Below, piece after piece: positions 24,908-36,439 of a stretch of 64,000 bases of DNA. The notes below the pieces were generated by a model. The model had not been told where the DNA came from, made no database searches, and saw nothing but the letters and a program-made list of their open reading frames with translations. The stretch comes from Ostrea edulis. Lineage: Eukaryota. A program made the position numbers and the translations under genes. The DNA lies in NCBI RefSeq assembly GCF_947568905.1, contig NC_079170.1, forward strand, positions 28,086,001-28,150,000, given 5' to 3'. The first letter of the stretch is position 1; every line of letters starts with the position of its first letter.

Positions 24908-25380
24908 TAGCTTGGTACCCGAGGCCTTCCGATGTTCAAAGAACGAAGGCCAGGCATCTGCTGTCGAGTGGATTCTTCCACTGATCAAAATCCAATATGG
25001 CGGACTCGATGGTAAGTAATGGGAATGTACGTAAATGAAGAAACGAAGTGACACGGTTAGATTTAATTTAACACACGTGAAAAATATGTGAGTTGACGAG
25101 TCACCTACTTACTTGAAAACAAAGGGATAAGACTGTATCAAACAAGCGTGTCACATGAAAAACCAAGTATTATACATTTCCAAAGGTCTGTCTCTGGCAA
25201 ATAATGACATAAAATCGAAAATAACACAGCTAATTAAGCCATGATACGCTCATTTACGTACATTCCCATTACTTACCATTGAGTCCGCCATATTGGATTT
25301 TGATCAGTGGAAGAATCCATTCGACAGCAGATGCCTGGCCTTCGTTCTTTGAACATCGGGAGACATCGGGTACCAGGCTA
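24908..25380. mobile_element. Non-autonomous DNA transposon with TAG...CTA ends and 9-bp TSD (AcademH-like)
   Basis: ~130-bp TIRs TAGC(T/C)TGGTACCCGA ... TCGGGTACCAGGCTA. CCGTATATA is duplicated at 24899-24907 and 25381-25389. Confidence 0.85.
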
Positions 25381-25677
25381 CCGTATATAATGCTTTATAT
25401 TAAATATTTCTTCTCTTACAGCATTTATGTTTTACCTTTATTCAAAAGTGCATTGCAATCCCTGTGCTTTATGTTTTAAAAAAAATAAATCCAGTGTATA
25501 TATTTCGCATTATTCTCTTACATTTACGTCAAATGACTGAATCCCTTTCTATTTACTAATGACCGTGTAGTACGAGTATGTGACAGCGCTGCGAGAATCC
25601 CGTCGTTATCGTCCGTCGTTCAGTCGTTATCGAGAGCGATGTGCCTAGGCGGTGGAGTGGTCTAGCGATACATAGAT

Positions 25678-25924
25678 GGATTGATTGAATATTGTTTAAC
25701 GTCCCTCTTGAAAATATTTTATTCATATGGAGACGTGATCAGTGCCGGGAAAGGGCTGCAAAATTTAGGCCTATCCTCGGCGCTTACGGCCTTTGAGCAG
25801 GGAGGGGCCACACCTGCTGTGACACGGGGCCTCGGTTTTTACGGTCTCATCAGAAGGATCGCCCCATTTAATCGCCTCTTACGACAAGCAAGGGGTGCTG
25901 AGGACCTATTATAACCCGGATCCC

Positions 25925-25927
<3 letters not shown>
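25678..25927 (-). mobile_element. tRNA-derived SINE (5'-truncated)
   Basis: (ATTG)n tail and the full family body, matching the other copies. Confidence 0.9.
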
Positions 25928-25965
<38 letters not shown>

Positions 25966-25970
<5 letters not shown>

Positions 25971-26740
25971 CCAATGTTATTTATTACAAGTGTTTTGATT
26001 GGACAAAAATAAAGCTGAACAAGAGTTTATACATCAATAAATCCGAAAACGCGATGTATTCATACACGCCTGAAAACAAATAACATAGTGCGGGGACAAA
26101 CTCCCCGTCGAGGCCTCATTACGTCACCTACGAATAGACCTCTCCTATGTGACACAGCACAATATACAGATTTGTATATTGTGAGTCCGCGATTATCACG
26201 TAGGCAAATAAACTAAAGAAGTAGTTCGCAGTTAAAAGTTTGAAGATATTGATATTAAGAGCATTAATATAAAAGTATGGATTTTATTTTAAACATAAAA
26301 TGATCAAAAGAACATTAAAAAGTAGGGAGACTCTGTTCAAATTATTGTGTAAAGTAATGAACTTGATGTTTACGTTCTTGTTTTGAAAGTTGTTTGACGT
26401 TATGTTTTTTCGTCATTCTACAGTGACGTCACAGTATACGCGGCCTAAGAAATCGCTATCCCATAATGCCCAAGTGGAAGAGTTTGGTTTGTGAGCAAAC
26501 GAACTCTGGTGGAAGTTTGAGTGCGGGGAAACTATTCAAATTTTCACAATTGTTAATGAAGTGAATGAATTGGAATTATAAGAATCAAACATTCTTTTTG
26601 AAGAATTTATCGATGTGTAAACTCCGGCCATTTTACTCACAAACTTAAATAAAAGTGCTTCGCACTTTTATTCAGTTTGTGAGTAAAATGTCCGGAGTTT
26701 ACACATCGATAATTCTTCAAAAAGAATGTTTAATCCTATA

Positions 26741-26742
<2 letters not shown>
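25966..26742. mobile_element. Hairpin-terminated non-autonomous element, full-length copy
   Basis: Starts TAATTCCAAT, with inverse ATTGGAATTA before a ~145-bp near-perfect hairpin (26587-26731, loop TTC). A second copy is at 34392-34737. Confidence 0.85.
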
Positions 26743-26821
<79 letters not shown>

Positions 26822-29399
26822 AATCTGCAGTTCCAACACTAACACACTCTGGATTTTTGAATCCATTTTCAGGTGATTAATTAATATTCTTTGTAACTGC
26901 ATATTTTCTTTCTTTTTACATTAATTGATTTCACTGATTAATAACTCTTTCGTTTTTGGATTATTTATATATATAGAATATGCTGAAAGTAGCGTGAAAG
27001 ATACGGCGCTGTATACAATTTTTCAAGATTCCAATTTCTTACAATCACCATTCAACGTACAAATTCCTTTCGTCGGAGATGACAAACTTTTATGGCTTCA
27101 CCATTCCACATCATTTCCAAGACGGATATATTTCACCGCTATCAATTTCTACTCCGTGTTATGTGCTAGCTAGAGAATAGTTTGATAGGCACATTTTTGG
27201 TGCACTCGAGTTTCGCGGGTGAAGGGGATGGTGCATTAATGTATGAAACACGTATTGTTTCCCGCAGACGACTCTGCACAAAGGATAAATCATGTAACTT
27301 TCATTTGATGACCCTGATTACCGATAGTAAATATTTACTAACTCATGCACGGATTTCTGTAGCTATTTAGTGTTGAAGTTCTGTACAAATATGGATCCCA
27401 ATTGGAGAATTAGTGTGCCATTAATCAATCCTTACCGAGGAGACACTATGTCACCACGGATCGATACGTAATAACAGTCCCCTATGATACGATCAGTCTG
27501 TCGAAGACGGAGGTCTCTCTGTTCATTTGCCCTCATTGCTAAAATACCAATCTAATTGACATTTTAAGCCGTTCATTAAACATGCAATGATTAGTAACGC
27601 CTTATAATTTGCATTAATGAACTTGAAATATGTAATTATAGTATCAAATAGTTGAAGACGTGTGCTGACAGGCAGGGAAATCAGCCATGCTCACAATCAT
27701 TATCTAGTAAATCAAGCGACATTATCTATCTATGTGAACTCGCATTATTTTCGACATTTTTAATAAAAGCATTAAAAGAACGGTATAGATAGCAAGTTGT
27801 TCATTTTATTTTCTACGGAAAGAATATAAAATCTAGGTTTTCAAAACTTAATGTGAGTAAGAACTCTATTCAAATGATATTTTGTTTTTAAGTACAGATA
27901 ATCTTGTTAACACACAATGTTTAGTAAATCACATGGTATCGGGACTGACTTTTTTTTTTTAAAGAAATTGTTTTTAACGAGCATGGCCTTTTCTTCACTT
28001 GAACAGCAATTATTTCCAGAGTTTCGACCATAGTATGTTGAAATGATGAACCATTTCGCAAAGCATAGTAGTTTAACAAAAAGAATTTAAAACCGCCCCT
28101 ACATCCTGTACAGTCTCACAAGGAAACACTACAGTAGCTACTATTAACTATAGTAGTTTATACTAAAAATGAAAGATACAGTCATCCGTTCACTCCTAAA
28201 TGTAAGAATCGATAAAAGTCAAATACGGTCTTTTGTTGACATTCGTGATTAATTTACATTGATAGGATGATGGAAGATGCTCATTTATTCCTCGTTATTA
28301 AAGTAAAAGATAAATTTCACCCCTTTTATATAAATGTAAATGTAAGAAAATCGACAATGGTTTGATATTCGATCACTCCTATCATGCTATGAAATAGAAA
28401 AATATTTATGAAAATTGAAAACGTTATTTGCTAATATTTTTTAAATCTATGGATAAAATCTGAGAAATATATTTTAAAAAGAAATTAAAATGAAATAGTC
28501 AAAATTCAGAAATATTACGATTTTTCTAATTTGAACCAAGCCCGATCGGAATTATAAAAAAGTAGTCATAGAGAACATTATAATCATAAAACTACATTCC
28601 CTTGATATAAAATGGTTTGCAAATTAAACGGCTTTATAAGGGAAACTAATTTCTTAATGGACAGTGCATACAATTAGCAAGAATGTATTATTTTAGTAAT
28701 TTCTATTAATTTTGATCGGGAGCGGTACTTTTTTCCCCAGTTTGAAAATACTGATTATATCTCAAATTTGGACATTTCGTTTCAATTTCTTTTTATAATA
28801 TATTTCTTCGATATATCTGTTTTCCAACTGACATGTTTTTTTGAAGATTTTATCCGTAGATTTAAAAAAATATTAACAAATGACGTTTTCAATTTTCAGA
28901 AAATTTTTCTTTTAAAAATTTAGAATCCTTATATCTGAATCTTCTTGGCATGTTTTATTAGATATTCATATCATGAACAAAATCACAGCAAAATTTGGAC
29001 TCTAGAATCTCTTATCTGCAAACAAAACACCTTTTTATCATTCCGGGAAAAACACAATTTTTTTTTTTTTACATAAAACAATGGAGAGCTTGTATCATTT
29101 TTTCGATAGTGAAATACTTTATGAGAGGTGTTTTAACGAACTATTAAATAAAATTTTAGTGTAATGAACCACCTTAAGGGGGAATTACTTCAAACTGTGC
29201 ATCCAGGATTTTCCCTTTTTGCTTTCTTTTGGTATCTGACCAATTCAGATCATGGTCAATAACCACTATTGTCATGTCATCGGTGACAAATTTGAAGCAC
29301 ATTTTGTTTCAGACAATATAGACACACACTTGCCTACCTCTTAAACTTATATATCCTATACACGTGTAAGTCTGTCACCTGCAGCTTTTGTTTGAAAAT

Positions 29400-30665
29400 T
29401 GTACATAAGCAATCTTGTGCTCCATGTTTTTCAAAGCGAAATGTATGTAGAATTTCAAATAAATATGTCATTTTCTTTTGAAACCTTGAATTTGCTCAAA
29501 TCTGTGACAATATTGTGGATTTAAACAACATGATCATGATTATATGTTTTTAGTAAAAGCATCATCATAAAATACACAAGTTAAAATTGGGGCCACATTG
29601 TGCACTTATTACACCTTGTCATTCATTAATTAGGCAATTATGCCATGCGTCACTTTGACTTGGCTAAAAATAAGAGACAAATTATGTGAAACTGTGTTGA
29701 ACAAAATCTCTTACAATGCCCTATGTGTATTCAAAACATTTTTGATTCTTGCAATTGTGAGTTTTCTAATATTTGGAATGAACGGGGTATGCTCAATGTG
29801 AAATGAATAACAAATGCAGGTAGACAAAGACTGAAAGATGAATTTATACAGAAATGTACCAAATTTTATAATAGCTCATTCAAGGGTCATGCGTATAAAA
29901 TTTTCAAATATTTGTCAAATTCAAAACTTCAAATCATCATCTACCGATAGAGACTGGTACATGTAGGTGGCTGGGTGTACCATTAGAGACTGGTACATGT
30001 AGGTGGCTGGGTGTACCATTATAGACTGGTGCATGTAGGTGGCTGGGTGTACCATTAGAGACTGGTACATGTACATGTAGGTGGCTGGGTGTACCATTAG
30101 AGACTGGTACATGTAGGTGGCTGGGTGTACCATTAGAGACTGGTACATGTAGGTGGCTGGGTGTACCATTAGAGACTGGTACATGTAGGTGGCTGGGTGT
30201 ACCATTAGAGACTGGTACATGTAGGTGGCTGGGTGTACCATTTGATGACAGATGCTGTACTTACTGTGATTGAAAACAATTTGCAGATGGAATGCACTTT
30301 ATTTTAGAATGTAAAGCTTTTTTCAGATGTAAGAAACAAATCTAGACACGAAATTCTGTTACATACTAAATACTTTTAAATTATGTGAATTGATGAAAGG
30401 TGAACATAACGAACGGTGATCAATCTCATAACTCCTTGATGCCATCTTTGAAACTGAAATTTTTTGAAAGCTCTCTGCATGTTCATACTGGATATTTATG
30501 AATCAGTCTCCCCTCCTTGATTATATATATCTCGTGTACTTGCGCTTTTTTTCTAGTATAATTCATGCTATTCCTCTGACAAATTGCTTAATTACGAATT
30601 TATAAATTGCACCTCATGTACCAATATATAGTTGGTTTAAGTGAATAAACTGAATTGAATTGAAA
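29400..30665 (+). mobile_element. Decayed LINE ORF2 3' region with AATAAA+(TGAAT)n tail
   Basis: RQRLKDEFIQK..SSFKGHAYKIFK..FKTSNHHLPIETG..RW.GVP.DDRCCTYC..HFILECK can be read across frameshifts; tail at 30644-30663. Confidence 0.8.
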
Positions 30666-32287
30666 AAGAGTTAGCTACCCCTTGTTTGTGTTTTACGGGG
30701 GCCCATATGGGCTTTTTTATCCTCCCCTGTGTACATGCTAACTATCGCGAGACTTATTATCCGCTAATGAGAACTCCAGCGGGATTCCAAGCACGTGACT
30801 AAGTCCGTGTTATCCTGGAGAGGCTGGGTATTACAATCGCAGCGGGGTATTTTTCTTCGTATTTATCAAACCAATTAAATCGTTCTGTCTTACTTTGAAG
30901 GTTAATGATAAATCTATCAACAAGTTGTAGTCTTTAAAACACACTGCAACGCGTGGACCTATTCAACAACATGTGTTTCTAACAAAAACTTGATGGTTTA
31001 GGTTGTGCACTTATTACACCTTGTCATTCATTAATTAGGCAATTATGCCATGCGTCACTTTGAATTGGCTAAAAATAAGAGACAAATTATGTGAAACTGT
31101 GTTGAACAAAATCTCTTACAATGCCCTATGTGTATTCAAAACATTTTTGATTCTTGCAATTGTGAGTTTTCTAATATTTGGAATGAACGGGGTATGCTCA
31201 ATGTGAAATGAATAACAAATGCAGGTAGACAAAGACTGAAAGATGAATTTATACAGAAATGTACCAAATTTTATAATAGCTCATTCAAGGGTCATGCGTA
31301 TAAAATTTTCAAATATTTGTCAAATTCAAAACTTTAAATCACCATCTACCGATAGAGACTGGTACATGTAGGTGGCTGGGTGTACCATTAGAGACTGGTA
31401 CATGTAGGTGGCTGGGTGTACCATTAGAGACTGGTACATGTAGGTGGCTGGGTGTACCATTAGAGACTGGTACATGTAGGTGGCTGGGTGTACCATTTGA
31501 TGACAGATGCTGTACTTACTGTGATTGAAAACAATTTGCAGATCTATGGAATGCACTTTATTTTAGAATGTAAAGCTTTTTTCAGATGTAAGAAACAAAT
31601 GTCTAGACACGAAATTCTGTTACATACTAAATACTTTTAAATTATGTGAATTGATGAAAGGTGAACATAACGAACGGTGATCAATCTCATAACTCCTTGA
31701 TGCCATCTTTGAAACTGAAATTTTTTGAAAGCTCTCTGCATGTTTATACTGAATATTTATGAATCAGTCTCCCCTCCTTGATTATATATATCTCGTGTAC
31801 TTGTGCTTTTTTTCTAGTATAATTCATGCTATTCCTCTGACAAATTGCTTAATTACGAATTTATAAATTGCACCTCATGTACCAAGTGAATAAACTGAAT
31901 TGAATTGAAAAAGAGTTAGCTACCCCTTGTTTGTGTTTTACGGGGGCCCATATGGGTTGTTGTAACATATTTAATTCCCTGCACATGACAAGGCTTTTTT
32001 ATCCTCCCCTGTGTACATGCTAACTATCGCGAGACTTATTATCCGCTAATGAGAACTCCAGCGGGATTCCAAGCACGTGACTAAGTCCGTGTTATCCTGG
32101 AGAGGCTGCGTATTACAATCGCAGCGGGGTATTTTTCTTCTTATTTATCAAACCAATTAAATCGTTCTGTCTTACTTTGAAGGTTAATGATAAATCTATC
32201 AACAAGTTGTAGTCTTTAAAACACACTGCAACGCGTGGACCTATTCAACAACATGTGTTTCTAAGAAAAACTTGATGGTTTAGGTTA
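29600..32287. repeat. Tandem segmental duplication 1 (about 29600-31003 / 31004-32287)
   Basis: Near-identical copies joined at GGTTTAGGTT|GTGCAC with 2-bp TT microhomology. They differ in minisatellite copy number and small indels. Confidence 0.95.
29945..30241. repeat. 36-bp minisatellite, 8 units (4 units in the duplicate at 31350-31497)
   Basis: Unit ACCATTAGAGACTGGTACATGTAGGTGGCTGGGTGT. Confidence 0.95.
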
Positions 32288-32377
32288 AAATAAAAATGTG
32301 TTTTAAAACAGATGTTTTAAATCTTGAAGTATTATTGCTAGAACGGTAATGATACATACATACATACATACATCTCA

Positions 32378-32737
32378 TTATTATATACTTTCAATTTCAT
32401 CTCTTCTTTTTTCTTTAAAAGTTTGCGGGCATATATCACACGATATATGTCCGGAAACATTCCGGCCCGCAAACATTACGTCACAATCAATACACAAGCA
32501 AATTACTACGTCGTTAATTTTCAAAATTTTCGTATTTTTCATCTTTTACTCAGTTAAACCGATAAAGTTATTTTTAAAAATAAAAGTATTGTTAGTATCT
32601 AAATGAAATTGAAAGTATATAATAAAAAGGTTATAGACTTTGTATGGGAAATATGACGACCTCCTATTTTGTCGCGAGGGCGCCAAAAAAAAAAACTCGG
32701 TCGTCATATTTTCCTATACAAAGTCTATAACCTACAA
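32378..32737. mobile_element. Hairpin-terminated element with A...A'-B-B' inverted-repeat architecture
   Basis: A is TTATTATATACTTTCAATTTCAT (32378-32400), with a perfect inverse at 32603-32625. B (32629-32661) and B' (32699-32732) form a 33-bp stem with a 37-nt loop. Confidence 0.8.
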
Positions 32738-35102
32738 TTATCGTTCTAGCAATAATGCCTTTGTTTGCATGTTTCAAGATTTAAAAACATCTGTTTTAAA
32801 ACACATTTTGGCCTTTAACCTCAAAACTGAGAGTCACCCTTGTGTTTGATCTGGACCTTAAAGTTCAAAGTTCAACAGGGGGCACAATCTGGTCTGAATG
32901 ACAAAGTTTGAGGTTCATACATGGACCTAATCCAGTGATATGAATCTGGTAACAAAATACCTTAAACAAATGATATAACTCTGGCAACAAAATACCTTAA
33001 TCAAATGATATAACTCTGGCAACAAAATACCTTAATCAAATGATATAACTCTGGCAACAAAATACCTTAATCAAATGATATAACTCTGGCAACAAAATAC
33101 CTTAATCAAATGATATAACTCTGGCAACAAAATACCTTAATCAACAAAATACCTTAATCAAATGATATAACTCTGGCAACAAAATACCTTAATCAAATGA
33201 TATAACTCTGGCAACAAAATATTAATGCTCACAAGTTTGAATGTCATTTTCAGTTCAATAGCTCGGCGCATCTTAAATGATGTGAACAACAAGATATGAA
33301 CAACAACATACTACTTCCTATGTTGAGTGTTGCTGATGTGATGTTAAGCACAATATATACAGATGAATCAATTAGATTCTTTAACATAAATTGAGTTTTT
33401 TTCCATAAAGAAAACTAAACATATTTTTCACAAACCATACTTAACATTTTTTTTTAAATTCTCTAAAAATGTACTTGTGCAAACTGACTTATCTCCCCAT
33501 GTGGACGGTCACGTGTTACCCTGGACCTCATTCTCACCGTATATTTAATGCCACTGATGTTTGAGTGCATTTCCCTTTCGAATACATTTATTGCATCTGT
33601 AACAGAAAGGGAGACAAGAGGCCCATAGGCCTAGAATCGCTCTTCTGATACATTGTAGAACAGGCAAAAATTCTCACTAACCAAGATTCATCAATTAAAA
33701 AGGTTTTAAAGACCTATCACATGATAGCGAACGCGCCAAAAATCTCGGTCGTCATATTTTCCTATACAAAGTCTATAACCTATAATTATCGTTCTAGCAA
33801 TAATGCCTTTTGCATGTTTCAGGATTTAAAAACATCTGTTTTAAAACACATTTTGGCCTTTAACCTCAAAACTGAGAGTCACCCTTGTGTTTGATCAGGA
33901 CCTTAAAGTTCAAAGTTCAACAGGGGGCACAATCTGGTCTGAATGACAAAGTTTGAGGTTCATACATGGACCTAATCCAGTGATATGAATCTGGCAACAA
34001 AATACCTTAATCAAATGATATAACTCTGGCAACAAAATACCTTAATCAAATGATATAACTCTGGCAACAAAATACCTTAATCAAATGATATAACTCTGGC
34101 AACAAAATACCTTAATCAAATGATATAACTCTGGTAACAAAATACCTTAATCAAATGATATAACTCTGGCAACAAAATACCTTAATCAAATGATATAACT
34201 CTGGCAACAAAATACCTTAATCAAATGATATAACTCTGGCAACAAAATATTAATGCTCACAAGTTTGAATGTCATTTTCAGTTCAATAGCTCGGCGCATC
34301 TTAAATGATGTGAACAACAAGATATGAACAACAATATACTACTTCCTATGTTGAGTGTTGCTGATGTGATGTTAAGTGCAATATATACAGCTAATTCCAA
34401 TGTTATTTATTACAAGTGTTTTGATTGGACAAAAATAAAGCTGAACAAGAGTTTATACATCAATAAATCTGAAAACGCGATGTGTTCATACACGCCTGAA
34501 AACAAATAACATAGTGCGGGGAAACTATTCAAATTTTTGCAATTGTTAATGAAGTGAATGAATTGGAATTATAAGAATCAAACATTCTTTTTGAAGAATT
34601 TATCGATGTGTAAACTCCGGCCATTTTACTTACAAACTTAACATAAAAGTGCTTCGCACTTTTATTCAGTTTGTGAGTAAAATGTCCGGAGTTTACACAT
34701 CGATAAATTCTTCAAAAAGAATGTTTAATCCTATAATGAATCAATTAGACTCTTTAACATAAATTGAATTTTTTTCCATAAAGAAAACTAAACACATTTT
34801 TCACAAACCATACTTAACATTTTTTTTTTTAAATTCTCTAAAAATGTACTTGTGCAAACTGACTTATCTCCCCATGTGGACGGTCACGTGTTACCCTGGA
34901 CCTCATTCTCACCGTATATTTAATGCCACTGATGTTTGAGTGCATTTCCCTTTCGAATACATTTATTGCATCTGTAACAGAAAGGGAGACAAGAGACCCA
35001 TAGGCCTAGAATCGCTCTTCTGATACATTGTAGAACAGGCAAAAATTCTCACTAACCAAGATTCATCAATTAACAAGGTTTTAAAGATCTATCACATGAT
35101 AG
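32674..35102. repeat. Tandem segmental duplication 2 (32674-33727 / 33727-35102), each copy with ~7 units of a 35-bp minisatellite
   Basis: Collinear copies. Unit ATGATATAACTCTGGCAACAAAATACCTTAATCAA at 32970-33221 and 34015-34250. Copy 2 carries an extra 346-bp element. Confidence 0.95.
34392..34737. mobile_element. Internally deleted copy of the 25966-26742 hairpin element
   Basis: Same ends and hairpin; lacks the 433 bp between two AGTGCGGGGA direct repeats (26087 and 26520). Confidence 0.9.
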
Positions 35103-36439
35103 TGTATGAAGGGAATATCATACAGTACACTATTAGATTAGGCAATCAAAATCCAAAGACTCAAGATGCATCAACTGACAAAGTTTGATAATTGAAGTCA
35201 AATACTATCTGAAATATTCAGATATAAACGTCAAATTCAAAAGTAGGTCACAGTGACCTACTTTTTGGTTGACACACTCTGAAGACTCAAGACCCATCAA
35301 CTGACAAAGTTTGATGATTGTAAGTCAAATAGTATCTGAAATATTCAAATATAGCCGGAAAAATCCAAAAATAGGTCACGGTGACCTACTTTTTAGTCAA
35401 CACACTCTGAAGACTCAACATGCATCAACTGACAAAGTAAGTCAAATAGTATCTGAAATATTAAAATATAACCGTCAAATTCCAAAAGTAGGTCACGGTG
35501 ACCTACTTTTTGGTCAACAAACTATGAAGACTCAAGATGCATCAACTGACAAAGTTTGATGATCCTAGCTTTCATAGTGTCCAAAATATGCATCTAAAAT
35601 TGAAAATGTGAAATTTGAATGTATGCAAAATTCAAAAAGTAGGTCACTGTGACCTACGTTTTTAATAAATATGTTTCGAGGCCTCTAGATGCATCAACTT
35701 ACAAGGTTTGATGATTCTAAACCTTTCAGTATCTGAAATAACAACCTAAAATGTATTCATAAATAATTAGCCATAGAATTCAGAAAGTAGGTCATGGTGA
35801 CATACTTTTTACATGCCGCATTTCAATATCCCATGATTCATCAACTGACAACTTTTGATAATCATAGGTTCAAAACTGTCCAAGATATGCATCAAAATCC
35901 ATTTAATAATTACCTGCGAAATTCAAAAAGTAGGTCACCATGACCTACTTTTGAGACAACATGATATTAGATCCTAAGATGCATCAACTGACAAAATTTG
36001 ATGATCCTAGTCCTTATACTAAGCAAAATATCAAAGTTTTAACAAAACAAAATTTAAGGTCAACTTTGAAGTGACCTTGAGACCACACCCTTTGCCCCAG
36101 GATGATGTCTTGAACAATTTGTTTTATCTACAACCTATCCTCATCTTTATGCATAAGTTTGGTGATGATTTGCCCAGTGGTTCTTGAGAGGAAGATTTTT
36201 AGCCACCACTACTTTTGTTTGCATTTTCCTAATTATCTCCCCTTGTTAAAAGGTAACAAGCCTAGTTTTAGTACAAATACAAGTCCTTGGACCAAGGATA
36301 CCCTGTGACAAATTTGACAAAAATTGGCCGAGGGGTTCTTAAGATATAGCCCTTTTTCCAAAAAGTTGACGCACACCGCACGCCAAACATATGGCCATAT
36401 GATTAGCTCTTTGAGCCTTCGGCTCAGAAGAGCTAAAAA
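34989..36439 (+). mobile_element. Helentron-type non-autonomous element with an internal ~117-150-bp tandem array
   Basis: 5' box ACAAGAG.CCCATAGGCC; about 7 degenerate units with AAAAGTAGGTCAC.GTGACCTAC and ATGCATCAACTGACAAAGTTT; 3' end AGCTCTTTTGAGCC-TTC-GGCTCAGAAGAGCTAAAA (sub-TIR plus stem-loop). Confidence 0.8.

Noticed and set aside
24536-25054. 172-aa and 65-aa ORFs
   Set aside because: They are open only because they cross the N gap and the TIR of a MITE.
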